Of a DNA stretch of 24,000 nucleotides, positions 7,042 to 16,053 are shown one piece after another; the first letter of the stretch is position 1, and the number at the start of each line of letters is the position of its first letter. The stretch lies in assembly GCA_035296445.1 (NCBI GenBank), contig DATHAZ010000149.1, forward strand, positions 48,331 to 72,330, read 5' to 3'. Made by a program: the position numbers and the translations under genes. Source of the DNA: Pyrinomonadaceae bacterium. Its GTDB lineage: Bacteria > Acidobacteriota > Blastocatellia > Pyrinomonadales > Pyrinomonadaceae. The notes under the pieces were generated by a model, which saw nothing but the letters and a program-made list of their open reading frames with translations, searched no databases and had not been told where the DNA came from.

Positions 7042-8421
7042 ATGAGCAGCCAGCCCGCCACGCCGCATCTCTCGATCTCAAAATACGCGCGCCACGTCAA
7101 CCCCCAGTTCGTCAAACTGCTCGGCGTTTTCGGTTACGGGCGCGTGTTCGAGCGAGCGAGCGACGTGTGGGTGTGGGATCAACAGGGGCGTCTGTATCTG
7201 GACTTCCTCGCCGGTTTCGGGTCGGTCAACGTCGGCCATAATCACCCTCGTCTCGTGGCGCGCCTCCGAGATTTTCTCGCCGCCGAAAGAATGAACTTCT
7301 GCCACGTCGCGCCCTGCGCCGAGGCGGCGGAGTTGGCGGAGGCTTTAGCCGGGGCGGCGGGGACGCCTCTGCGGGTCTCTCTTTTTTCCAACAGCGGAGC
7401 GGAAGCCGTCGAAGCCGGGATGAAGCTGGCGCGAGCGGCGACCGGGCGCAAAGGATTCGTCTATTGCCAACACGGCTTCCACGGCACGACCCTCGGCACG
7501 CTCTCCGTCATGGGCGGCGAGCGTCTGCGCCAGCCCTTCGAGCCTTTGTTAAATGACTGCGACGCCATCCCGTTCGGAGATTTAGACGCGCTCAATCGTG
7601 CGCTGGCGCGCGGGCGTGTGGCGGGCTTCATCGTCGAACCCGTCCAGGGCGAAGGCGGTGTGGTCACGCCTCCGCAAGGTTACTTGAAGGAGGCGCAGGC
7701 ATTATGCCGCCGGCACGGGACGCTCCTCATCCTCGACGAAGTGCAGACGGGGCTGGGGAGAACCGGGACGATGTTCGCCTACGAGGCGGAAGGCTTCACC
7801 CCGGATGTGCTGGTCTTAGCGAAGTCGTTGAGCGGGGGCGTCGCGCCCATCGGCGCGACGCTGATTTCCGAGGATACGTTCGACCGCGCTTACGGCTCAC
7901 TCGCGCGGTTTGATCTGCACGGTTCGACGTTCGGCGGCAATGCGTTCTCGTGCGTCGCCGCGCTGGAGACCCTGCGGATCATCGCCGACGAGAATTTAGT
8001 CGCGGCTGCTGCTGCGCGCGGCGCACAGTTGTTGGCGGGTCTGCGCGAAAAACTTGCAGGCCACCCGCTCGTGCGCGACATACGCGGGCGCGGTTTGTTA
8101 GTGGGCATCGAACTCGGCCCGACCGACTCGGGCTGGATCAACAAAGTCGCGCCGTCGCTGGTGAATCTCGTGTCGAAGAATGTGTTCGGGCAATGGGCGG
8201 CGCTCAAGTTGCTGGAGCGCGGGTTGATCTGCCAACCGGCCTCGCAGGCTTGGAACATCCTGCGGCTGGAGCCGCCATTGACGGTGCGGGAGGCGGAGGT
8301 GGACGCGGCCGTCGAGATGGTGGCCGGCGCTCTGGGGGAGTATCGAGGCATGTCGCCGCTGTTAAAGGATGTCGCCGAGCGTCTGGGCGGACAGTGGCGG
8401 AAAGGTTGGGCGTTTGAATGA
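7042..8421 (+). CDS. Class-III (PLP-dependent) aminotransferase
   Basis: FLAGFGSVNVGHNHP, SNSGAEAVEAGMKLAR, LILDEVQTGLGRTGTMFAYE, and PLP-lysine context VLAKSLSGG. These are typical of the acetylornithine/GABA/ornithine-oxoacid aminotransferase family. Confidence 0.85.
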   Translation: MSSQPATPHLSISKYARHVNPQFVKLLGVFGYGRVFERASDVWVWDQQGRLYLDFLAGFGSVNVGHNHPRLVARLRDFLAAERMNFCHVAPCAEAAELAEALAGAAGTPLRVSLFSNSGAEAVEAGMKLARAATGRKGFVYCQHGFHGTTLGTLSVMGGERLRQPFEPLLNDCDAIPFGDLDALNRALARGRVAGFIVEPVQGEGGVVTPPQGYLKEAQALCRRHGTLLILDEVQTGLGRTGTMFAYEAEGFTPDVLVLAKSLSGGVAPIGATLISEDTFDRAYGSLARFDLHGSTFGGNAFSCVAALETLRIIADENLVAAAAARGAQLLAGLREKLAGHPLVRDIRGRGLLVGIELGPTDSGWINKVAPSLVNLVSKNVFGQWAALKLLERGLICQPASQAWNILRLEPPLTVREAEVDAAVEMVAGALGEYRGMSPLLKDVAERLGGQWRKGWAFE

Positions 8422-9452
8422 ATCTCTCGGAGTTGAGGCGCGACCTCCGGTTCACCACCAATCTGTTGCTGCGTCGCCCGTTCGACGTGCTGGTGCAGGT
8501 CACGAACCGCTGCAACATGAAGTGCAGCTTTTGTGACTTCTGGCCGCACGGCGCGACGGCGCGCGAGGAGTTGCAGGTTGCCGAATACCGGCGCGTGGCC
8601 TCGGAACTGGCGTCGCTCGGCTGCTTCATCGTATCCGTGGAAGGCGGCGAGCCGTTCGTGCGTCCAGACCTCGTGGAGATCGTCGGGGCATTCGCCGAGC
8701 GTGGACACCTGCCGGTCGTTTATACCAACGGCTGGTACGCGGACGCCGACAAGGCGCGCGCTCTGTTCGCCGCCGGACTGACGCAGGTCGGCATCTCCAT
8801 AGACTACCCGGAGGCGCGGCGTCACGACGCCAAACGCGGACTGGACGGAGCGTTCGCGCGCGCATGGGAGGCCGTCGAGGCTTTCCGCGAGGCCGCGCCA
8901 CACGGCGGAAGACAAGTACACGTGATGACCGTTCTGATGAAAGATAACCAGCGCGACATCGAAGAGTTGTTGCGTTTGAGCGCGCGCCGCCGCGTCGGGC
9001 ACTACGTCACCCTGCTCTCGACGGCCGGCTTCCGGCGTGGCCGCAGTAGTAGTAGCGCCGACCGTGCGCCGGAGGGGGCATTCGCAGACGAGTTGCTCGC
9101 GCTGCGACGCCGCTACAAACATTTTCGCGCGCCGAGCGATTACCTGCGGCTGGCCGCCTCCTACGCCGACGGCGGCGCGATGCCGACCTGTCGCGCCGGA
9201 GTACAGACCTTCAACATAGATCATCTGGGCAACGTCTCGGCCTGCATCGAGCGCATAGACAAGCCCGTGGGAAACGTCCGCGAAGAACATCTCGTCAGCC
9301 TGCACGCGAAGCTGCAAGGCGATGAAGAGCGTGCGGAAGTCGGAAGCTGCCAGAAGTGCTGTACGATCTGCCGGGGGATGGGGCAGACGTTCGGCGCGGG
9401 CGGGTCTCTGCGCGGCTGGTGGGAGTTGGCGACGCGTATGAGGTCACATTGA
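8418..9452 (+). CDS. Radical SAM enzyme with C-terminal SPASM/twitch-like Cys cluster
   Basis: VTNRCNMKCSFCDFW (CX3CX2C), VEGGEPF glycine motif. The C-terminus has CRAGVQTFNIDHLGNVSAC (GX4C) and CQKCCTICRG. The start overlaps the aminotransferase stop (ATGA at 8418-8421). Confidence 0.8.
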   Translation: MNLSELRRDLRFTTNLLLRRPFDVLVQVTNRCNMKCSFCDFWPHGATAREELQVAEYRRVASELASLGCFIVSVEGGEPFVRPDLVEIVGAFAERGHLPVVYTNGWYADADKARALFAAGLTQVGISIDYPEARRHDAKRGLDGAFARAWEAVEAFREAAPHGGRQVHVMTVLMKDNQRDIEELLRLSARRRVGHYVTLLSTAGFRRGRSSSSADRAPEGAFADELLALRRRYKHFRAPSDYLRLAASYADGGAMPTCRAGVQTFNIDHLGNVSACIERIDKPVGNVREEHLVSLHAKLQGDEERAEVGSCQKCCTICRGMGQTFGAGGSLRGWWELATRMRSH

Positions 9453-9463
9453 GCGGGGAGACG

Positions 9464-10216
9464 ATGTTGCTGCTGCGGCCACTGTTAAAAGACAAACGCG
9501 TGCTCGTGACGGGCGGGTCGCGCGGTCTGGGACGCGCCTTCTGTGAACGCTTCGCCGCGGAGGGCGCGCACGTCGCCTTCAACTACACGAGCGACGAGAG
9601 CGGCGCGCGCGAAACCCTCGGCCGCGTCGAGACGAGCGGGCAGAGGGCGCTCGCCTTCAGGGCGTCGGTGCTCGACTACGCCGCCCTCGAACAGATGGTC
9701 AGAGAGATCGAGAGCGCATGGGGCGGCATAGACGTTCTGGTTAACAACGCCGGAATAAGTCAGCCACTGCCGTTGGCGTTGATGGAGGAGGAGGACTGGG
9801 ACGCGGTGATGGACACGAACGCGAAGGGGCAGTTTCTCGCTGCGCGCGCGGTGTTGCGGGGCATGATTCGGCGTAAGGGCGGATGTATGCTCAATATCGG
9901 CTCACTGGCCGGGGTGCGCCTGATCGAAGCGCCGATTCATTACTGCGCCAGTAAGGCCGCGGTCAAGGGCTTCACGGAGGCGCTGTCTAAGGAGGTGGCG
10001 CGCTATAATATTCGCGTCAACTGTCTCGCGCCGGGGTTGCTCGATGACGGCGTCTCACAGAATCTACCCGAGTACCGGGTGGAGGAGTTTCTCAAACACG
10101 TCTCGCTGCACCGCAAAGGCACTCTGGAGGAGGTCGCGAGGTTCGCCGCCTTCCTCATCTCCGACAGGAACAGCTACATGAACGGCGCGACGGTCGTGAT
10201 AGATGGCGGCCTGTGA
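9464..10216 (+). CDS. Short-chain dehydrogenase/reductase (FabG-like), SDR no. 2
   Basis: GGGGAG RBS at 9455-9460 followed by the ATG at 9464. VLVTGGSRGLGRAF, NNAG, YCASKAAVKG, NIRVNCLAPG. The listed start at 9356 would overlap the previous gene by ~100 nt and adds non-SDR sequence. Confidence 0.85.
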   Translation: MLLLRPLLKDKRVLVTGGSRGLGRAFCERFAAEGAHVAFNYTSDESGARETLGRVETSGQRALAFRASVLDYAALEQMVREIESAWGGIDVLVNNAGISQPLPLALMEEEDWDAVMDTNAKGQFLAARAVLRGMIRRKGGCMLNIGSLAGVRLIEAPIHYCASKAAVKGFTEALSKEVARYNIRVNCLAPGLLDDGVSQNLPEYRVEEFLKHVSLHRKGTLEEVARFAAFLISDRNSYMNGATVVIDGGL

Positions 10217-10251
10217 GAAGCGTCCGTAATTGTGAAGGGGCTGTGAGGTAA

Positions 10252-11385
10252 ATGGTCGCAACCGCGTACCAGTCAAATCTCTTCGGGTGGATCGTCAGCC
10301 GACGTTATGACACGGCGTTCATCTTCGGCGGGGCGGCGGCGAGTTTGTGCGCGCCGTTGCTGGTCTGGTGGTACCCCGCCCTTTTATCTCCGCTGTTCTG
10401 GCTCTGGCTGTTCCTCTTCGACGGCACCCACAGTTGGGCTACTTACAGCCGCACCTACGCCGACCCGCAGTTCCGCAGAGAGAACCGTCGGCTCTTGTTC
10501 GGCAGTCTTGTCTTGTTCATCCCGGCGGCGGCGGCCATCTATTTATGGCAGGCCAGCGGCTCGCTCGCGCCCGTTTATCTGTTTCTGTTCATCGCGCAGT
10601 GGTGGAGTTATCACCACATCGTCAGGCAGCACTACGGGTTCGCTTCGATCTACGACCGCAAGGCGCGCGCCGACAGTACTTCTCACCAAGTCACCAAGTG
10701 GACTCTCTATCTTGGATTGTGGCTTCCTTACCTTTATTTCCTCCTGACGCACCCGCTGAATCGCCGGATCATGAGCGGCTCGCTCGACGGCGCGGCAGAC
10801 CTCCCGCCGGTCAATTACGGGTGGGTTGACACGCTGCTCGGATACGGCGCGCCAGCCCTCTCCGTCGCCCTCCTGCTCGGCCTCGTCGCGTACCACGTCC
10901 GGCGGTGGGGCGGTCTTCGGCAGAGATTTGAACTCAGCCCGGCGCTCGTCTTCACAGCGGCGTGCGTGCTGTTGTATTCCGTGATCTTTTACGTCATCGC
11001 GCCGCTTGAGCCGCTGCTGCCCGGCGCGCGCACGCCCGTGCAGAGCTTCATGCTCATGCAGGTCATGATCACGCTGTTTCACAACATCCAGTATCACGCC
11101 GTCGTGTGGCATTACAACCGTAACCGTCCGAGCCGCGCGCGTCTCAACCGTAACTTCTTCATCTACGCTCTGGCCGCAATGATCTTCTCTATCGGCTACG
11201 TCGCCGCCGCATGGTACACTACCGAATATCCGTCATGGCAGGGAACGATCCCGGAAAACATACTCGTCCCGGCGGCGTTCTGCGCGTGGTGGGGGTTGTC
11301 GCTGCACCATTACTACCTCGATCAGAAGATATGGCGCGTCAGCAAAACGCAGGAACTGCAACGCCATTTCGGCGTCACGGCCTGA
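10252..11385 (+). CDS. Polytopic integral membrane protein with four His clusters (family not recognised; possible membrane metallo-enzyme)
   Basis: About 8-9 hydrophobic segments. His clusters FDGTHSW, WWSYHHIVRQHYGF, LFHNIQYHAVVWHYN and LSLHHYYLDQKIWR lie at predicted helix ends. Confidence 0.6.
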   Translation: MVATAYQSNLFGWIVSRRYDTAFIFGGAAASLCAPLLVWWYPALLSPLFWLWLFLFDGTHSWATYSRTYADPQFRRENRRLLFGSLVLFIPAAAAIYLWQASGSLAPVYLFLFIAQWWSYHHIVRQHYGFASIYDRKARADSTSHQVTKWTLYLGLWLPYLYFLLTHPLNRRIMSGSLDGAADLPPVNYGWVDTLLGYGAPALSVALLLGLVAYHVRRWGGLRQRFELSPALVFTAACVLLYSVIFYVIAPLEPLLPGARTPVQSFMLMQVMITLFHNIQYHAVVWHYNRNRPSRARLNRNFFIYALAAMIFSIGYVAAAWYTTEYPSWQGTIPENILVPAAFCAWWGLSLHHYYLDQKIWRVSKTQELQRHFGVTA

Positions 11386-11975
11386 CGCCGTCCCTGCGCG
11401 CTCTGGGCGTGGTGCCCCTGGCTTTCTTCGTTCTTCATGCCCGTTACCACATCGGGCAGGGCACGGGCGGACATCTCCTGTGGGTGTGTACGGTCTCGAA
11501 CCTGCTGCTGGCGGCCGGCCTTTTTCTGGACTTGCCGATGTTGATCCGCGTCGCCGTCATGTGGCTCGTCACGGGACTGCCCCTCTGGGCGTGGGACATG
11601 TTTGAGCAGGGTATCGCGCCGGTCTCAAGTTTCCTCACACACTTCGGCGGTCTGGCGGTCGGGCTTATCGGTCTTTCCAGAGTGCGTGCCGCGCGCGGCC
11701 TCTGGGTCTGTGCTTTCATCTGGTATCTCACCTTGCAGCTCGCGGCGCGCCTGCTCACGCGCCCGGAGTTGAACGTCAACCTCGCACACGACATGCACGG
11801 CGGTTGGCGCGATTTATTCAACTCCTACTGGAGGTTCTCGGTCTTCATGAGTCTGGTAGTAGCCGTAGCCCTCTGGCTGACCGGGCTGGTAACGCTGAAA
11901 CTCTTTCCCCCGTCGGTGAATCATCCGAAGCGAGGTGCTTATGACGGCGACGACATCAGCCCGCAAACTGCATGA
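11331..11975 (+). CDS. Small polytopic membrane protein (unknown function)
   Basis: Five to six hydrophobic helices (VVPLAFFVLHA, LLWVCTVSNLLLAAGLFL, VAVMWLVTGLPLWAW, FGGLAVGLIGL, LWVCAFIWYLTLQLAA, FSVFMSLVVAVALWLTGLV). The start is uncertain: ATG 11331 overlaps the upstream gene by 55 nt, and GTG 11409/11412 are alternatives. The 3' end overlaps the next gene by ~35 nt. Confidence 0.5.
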   Translation: MARQQNAGTATPFRRHGLTPSLRALGVVPLAFFVLHARYHIGQGTGGHLLWVCTVSNLLLAAGLFLDLPMLIRVAVMWLVTGLPLWAWDMFEQGIAPVSSFLTHFGGLAVGLIGLSRVRAARGLWVCAFIWYLTLQLAARLLTRPELNVNLAHDMHGGWRDLFNSYWRFSVFMSLVVAVALWLTGLVTLKLFPPSVNHPKRGAYDGDDISPQTA

Positions 11976-13431
11976 CACGACGAGCCTCTGCGCCACCTGC
12001 AAGCGCGGCATCGAGGCGTCGTTGTGGGAGCGGGACGGCCGGATTTCCATGCGCAAGGCATGCCCCGAACACGGCGCGAGCGAGGTCTTGATCTCTTCGG
12101 ACGCCGCCTGGTATCACGAAACGCTGAACTATGCGGCGCGGACGATCCAGCCCCCGTTCGTCAAGAATGCGGTGGACAGGGGCTGTCCCTTCGACTGCGG
12201 CGCATGCGAGGCACACGAGCAGAAGTCATACCTCCCGGTCATCCCCATCACGAGCGCGTGCAACCTTGATTGTCCGGTCTGCTATACGATCAACAAGAAT
12301 GAGGATGCGTTCCACATCTCGCTCGAAGAGTTCGCGGCTATCCTCGATGTCGTGCGCCGCAACGATCCGGGGCTGAAGATAATCAACCTGACGGGCGGCG
12401 AGCCGACACTTCACCCCCAATTGACGAAGATCGTAGAGATGTGTCACGCAGCCGGAATCCACCGCGTCACCATCAGCACGCACGGATTGACCTTCATCAA
12501 CAACGAAGCGTTGCTCGACGAACTGGCCGTCCTCGGCGCGCGCATCGTCCTCTCTTTCAACTCTTTCGACGAGGCGGTCAACTATCGCATGGTCGGCGCG
12601 AGGGCGGCGAAGGGTAAGTTGAAAGTCCTCGAAAAGCTGGCGCGGCACAACGTAGACACGACGCTCATCCCGGTGCTGGCCGTCGGCTACAACGACCGGG
12701 AGATCGGCGATCTCGTGAACCTCGCGCTCTCTCAAGACTTCATCCGCAGTCTGGAAATTCACACGATGACCTTCACGGGTCAGAGCGGCACAGACTTCGA
12801 CCCCGCAGCGCGCCTGACCACGCCCGACGTGCTGCGCCGGATCGAAGAGCAGACCGGCGGCCGCATCCGCATGGGCGACTTCGTGCCCTCGCCGTGCGCC
12901 CACCCGCTCTGTTATCAAACCTGCTACCTGCTCCAGACGCCTGCGAGCGGCTTCATCCCCTTCACACGGTTCATGTCTAAGGAGACGATCCGCCAACTGC
13001 TGACGGACAACCTTTACATGGAGCCCGGCCCGCTCATGGAGTCCGCATTGCAGGACGTAGCCATGCAGTTGTGGGCGTCGGAGTTGGACGACGAGACGGG
13101 GGAAGCCGTCCTGACGACGCTCAAGAACTTAATCAAGCGCCTCTTCCCGGCCGTGCCTCTGCCTTACCACGAGCGGCAGATAATCGCCGAGCGCGCCGCC
13201 AAGACGATCTACATACACTCGCACATGGATGAGGAGAATTTCGACACCGACCGCATCCGTCAATGCTGCGTGGGCGTGCCCTCGGCCGACGGCGGCAACG
13301 TGCCGACGTGCGCCTACAACATCCTATACCGCGAGCGCGACTCGCGATTTTCGGCCAGAGACAGCGCGCCGCTCTCCACCTACGCCGGCGGGCGCAAAGA
13401 GCTGGTGCAGATCAGGCGTCCGGGCAGGTGA
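11941..13431 (+). CDS. Radical SAM enzyme, COG1964 / Tes(GDGT-MAS)-like architecture, paralog 2
   Basis: CATC...x19...CPEHG knuckle, GCPFDCGACEAH, CNLDCPVC, LTGGEPTLHP, PCAHPLC, AKTIYIHSHMDEENFD, QCC...PTC. It is collinear with 5467-6987 in every motif. The start is ATG 11941 or GTG 11935. Confidence 0.8.
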   Translation: MTATTSARKLHDTTSLCATCKRGIEASLWERDGRISMRKACPEHGASEVLISSDAAWYHETLNYAARTIQPPFVKNAVDRGCPFDCGACEAHEQKSYLPVIPITSACNLDCPVCYTINKNEDAFHISLEEFAAILDVVRRNDPGLKIINLTGGEPTLHPQLTKIVEMCHAAGIHRVTISTHGLTFINNEALLDELAVLGARIVLSFNSFDEAVNYRMVGARAAKGKLKVLEKLARHNVDTTLIPVLAVGYNDREIGDLVNLALSQDFIRSLEIHTMTFTGQSGTDFDPAARLTTPDVLRRIEEQTGGRIRMGDFVPSPCAHPLCYQTCYLLQTPASGFIPFTRFMSKETIRQLLTDNLYMEPGPLMESALQDVAMQLWASELDDETGEAVLTTLKNLIKRLFPAVPLPYHERQIIAERAAKTIYIHSHMDEENFDTDRIRQCCVGVPSADGGNVPTCAYNILYRERDSRFSARDSAPLSTYAGGRKELVQIRRPGR

Positions 13432-13433
13432 CG

Positions 13434-13910
13434 ATGCGATTCTTTCTGGTTGACCGCGTGGATGAATTGAAGCCGGGGGAGATGATCCGCGGCGTCAAGA
13501 ACGTGACGCTCAGCGAAGACTTTTTGCAGGATCACTTCCCTTCCCATCCCCTCTTTCCCGGCACATTAATGATCGAGGCGTTGGCGCAGTTGGGCGGATG
13601 CCTCGTCGAGGCCACCTTCAATACCAGCGACGACAACGTCAGGCGCGCGGTGCTCGCGCAGGTTGACCGCGCCAGATTTCACGAGGCCGTGAGGCCGGGC
13701 GATCAACTGAAGATAGTGTGCCGCCTTGTCTCGATGCTCGAAGGCGCGGCGCAGGTTAAGGGCGAAGCCAGCGTGGGCGAACGCGAGGTCGCCCGCGCGA
13801 CGCTGCTCTTCGCGCTGCGCGCCGTGGGGTCGGAACGGATACACCGGCAGCGGAGGGAAATTTACGAGATATGGACGCGCCACTTGAATCTGGACTTCAC
13901 GCTCCGCTAG
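13434..13910 (+). CDS. FabZ/FabA-like 3-hydroxyacyl-ACP dehydratase (hot-dog fold)
   Basis: MRFFLVDRV..., then the signature HFPSHPLFPGTLMIEALAQLGG. The ATG lies 2 nt after the stop of the upstream radical-SAM gene. Confidence 0.8.
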   Translation: MRFFLVDRVDELKPGEMIRGVKNVTLSEDFLQDHFPSHPLFPGTLMIEALAQLGGCLVEATFNTSDDNVRRAVLAQVDRARFHEAVRPGDQLKIVCRLVSMLEGAAQVKGEASVGEREVARATLLFALRAVGSERIHRQRREIYEIWTRHLNLDFTLR

Positions 13911-14812
13911 TTGTCACCGGAGTCGGCTCTCTCGTGCTCGCGCCCGCGCGGGCGGGCGAAGAAGACCCGTCCGTTGACGCCGCGCGCGAAGTCGCGCCGT
14001 GGCTCAAGTCGAAGAAGATGCGCAAGTTCATGGGCAAACAGGATCAACTCGCGGTGGCCGCCGCCGGCCGCGCCGCGAAAGACGCCGCCCTCGACGAGCG
14101 AACCTTGCGTGAACGCACCGGGCTTTACCTGTGCGTCGGTCATATCCCCTTCGAGCGCGCACAGATTGAAGCGATAGCCCGCGGCTCGATTCAAGCGGAC
14201 GAGTTTTGCATGGAGCGGTTTTCCACCACGGCCTTCGAGCGCGTCAACCCTCTGCTCACGTTTCGCTGTCTGCCGAACATGCCCGCCTTCCACGTCTCGC
14301 TCAACCTCGGGATGCGCGGGCCATACTTCGTCACCTACCCTTGCGCGGGACAGTTCTACCTCGCGCTTGAGTGCGCGACGGCCGCACTGGAAAGCGGCGA
14401 GGTTGATGTCGCGCTCGTGGGAGCGGTCGCCGACCAGAACAATTTTCTCGTCGCATACCATTTCCGCCGAACGTCGGATTCGCGAAAACTGACCGCTTGG
14501 GAAGGCATAGACGCGGGCGCGTTCCTGTGTCTGGAGACACGGGACGGGGCGAGGCGACGCAATGCAGAGGTCAAGGCCGAACTGCTCTCGTCGGAGGTTA
14601 GCTACGCCGCGCCGGACTCGTGGGGCGAGTCGCGGCCATTCGCGGAGTCGGTCACTTTCGCGGGCGTGAAAACGGTGGCCGCGAAGCCTACGGCGGCCTC
14701 GCTTCCCGTGAGCCTGAGCCATGCCGCAGGCGGCGCGGGCAAGGGCGAGTTCGTCCATCAACTGTCCACGGCGGGCGGCGTCGAGGCGACGAGCCGTTGG
14801 AGGGTCGTGTGA
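13871..14812 (+). CDS. Truncated beta-ketoacyl synthase-like protein (chain-length-factor-like KS partner)
   Basis: KS N-terminal-like LVVTGVGS, RKFMGKQDQLAV (compare RKMDxF in FabF), LPNMPAFHVSLNLGMRGPYF, and the YPCAGQ segment at the active-site position. It is only 313 aa and lacks a recognisable HGTGT/HGTST His motif. It overlaps the FabZ-like gene by 40 nt and ends in a GTGA overlap with the KS. Confidence 0.65.
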   Translation: MDAPLESGLHAPLVVTGVGSLVLAPARAGEEDPSVDAAREVAPWLKSKKMRKFMGKQDQLAVAAAGRAAKDAALDERTLRERTGLYLCVGHIPFERAQIEAIARGSIQADEFCMERFSTTAFERVNPLLTFRCLPNMPAFHVSLNLGMRGPYFVTYPCAGQFYLALECATAALESGEVDVALVGAVADQNNFLVAYHFRRTSDSRKLTAWEGIDAGAFLCLETRDGARRRNAEVKAELLSSEVSYAAPDSWGESRPFAESVTFAGVKTVAAKPTAASLPVSLSHAAGGAGKGEFVHQLSTAGGVEATSRWRVV

Positions 14813-16053
14813 GTCGCCGTAGACGCGTCGTTATCACAGGCGTCGGCATTGTCTCCCCGCTCGGCCACGAGTTGACCGAGTTTCGCCGCAACCTTCTCTC
14901 CGGCCTATCGGCGGCCGCGCCGATCACCGTGTTCGACCCCGCGCGCCTTCCGACCAGAATCGCGGCGCAGGTGGATGCGTCGTCTCTGCCGACTCAAACC
15001 AGGGATCGCAAAATAGCTTTCGGCCTCGCCGCGACGCGTGCGGCCATCGCCGACGCGGACGGCGGCGATGCCCTGCCCGTGGCGGAATACTACGCCGGAA
15101 CGGGCGGCGGGCTGAGTCTCGGCATCGGACTCGAACTTTTCTCGATGCCCGACATGGTGAAGTTTCTTGAGCGCGAAGAAATTCCGGCGGGCGTCCATGC
15201 GCAGACGTTTTTGCAGACGCCTTCGGACGTGTGCGCCCACTTGATCTGCCGCGAGCACGACTTCTTGCGCGCTCCGCCACTCGTCCACGTCTCCGCATGT
15301 GCGGCGGCGACCGACGCCATTGGCACAGCCTTTCGCATGATCCGCGACGGCAGGCGCAGGTGGATGCTGGCCGGAGGCGCGGATTCCATGATCAACCCGA
15401 TGGGCGTCGGAGGATTTTGCGCCATCGAAGCGACCACGCGCCGCAACCACGAGCCGCGACGCGCATCGCGCCCGTTCGACCGTGACCGCGACGGGTTTCT
15501 ACTGGGAGAAGGCGCGGGGCTGCTCGTGCTCGAAACGCTCGACGATGCACAGGCCAGGGGCGCGCGCATCTACGGCGAGGTGTCGGGCTATGGGAATTCG
15601 TTCGATGCCTACGGCATCAGCGAGCCGCACCCGGAAGGCGAAGGCGCGCTCCTCGCAATGCAACGCGCTCTCGCGGATGCCGGATTGCATCCCGAAGACA
15701 TCTCTTACATCAATGCCCATGGGACATCCACGCCGAAGAACGACGTGGTTGAGACGCGCGCGATTCGCCGCCTGCTCGGTCGCCACGCGGAGCGCGTGCC
15801 CGTCAGTTCGACCAAGTCCATGATCGGCCATCTCATTTCCGCCGCCGGGGCGGTCGAACTGGCCGCCGCCATCCTCTGCGCTGAGACCGGCTGGGTGCAT
15901 CCGACGATCAACCTCGAACGCCCCGACCCCGCCTGTGATCTGGATTACGTCGCGGAGGGCGCGCGCCGGGTGAAGGTGGAAACGATTCTCAAGAACTCAT
16001 TCGCATTCGGGGGGCAGAACGCATCTCTGGTGATACGGATGGCGGGATGTTGA
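14809..16053 (+). CDS. Beta-ketoacyl-ACP synthase II-like (FabF-type KS)
   Basis: GTG start at 14809 overlapping the upstream stop (GTGA). RVVITGVGIVSPLG, active-site HVSACAAATDAIG, RPFDRDRDGFLLGEGAGLLVLE, NAHGTSTPKND, SSTKSMIGHLISAAG, NSFAFGGQNASLV. Confidence 0.9.
   Translation: MSRRRRVVITGVGIVSPLGHELTEFRRNLLSGLSAAAPITVFDPARLPTRIAAQVDASSLPTQTRDRKIAFGLAATRAAIADADGGDALPVAEYYAGTGGGLSLGIGLELFSMPDMVKFLEREEIPAGVHAQTFLQTPSDVCAHLICREHDFLRAPPLVHVSACAAATDAIGTAFRMIRDGRRRWMLAGGADSMINPMGVGGFCAIEATTRRNHEPRRASRPFDRDRDGFLLGEGAGLLVLETLDDAQARGARIYGEVSGYGNSFDAYGISEPHPEGEGALLAMQRALADAGLHPEDISYINAHGTSTPKNDVVETRAIRRLLGRHAERVPVSSTKSMIGHLISAAGAVELAAAILCAETGWVHPTINLERPDPACDLDYVAEGARRVKVETILKNSFAFGGQNASLVIRMAGC

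Noticed and set aside
7890-9317. 475-aa minus-strand ORF opposite the aminotransferase and SPASM-rSAM genes. The same applies to 12226-12996, 13907-14761 and 14905-15569 on the minus strand and to the many short plus-strand off-frame ORFs.
   Set aside because: These are shadow frames typical of GC-rich DNA. Every region is already explained by a plus-strand protein with recognisable family motifs.
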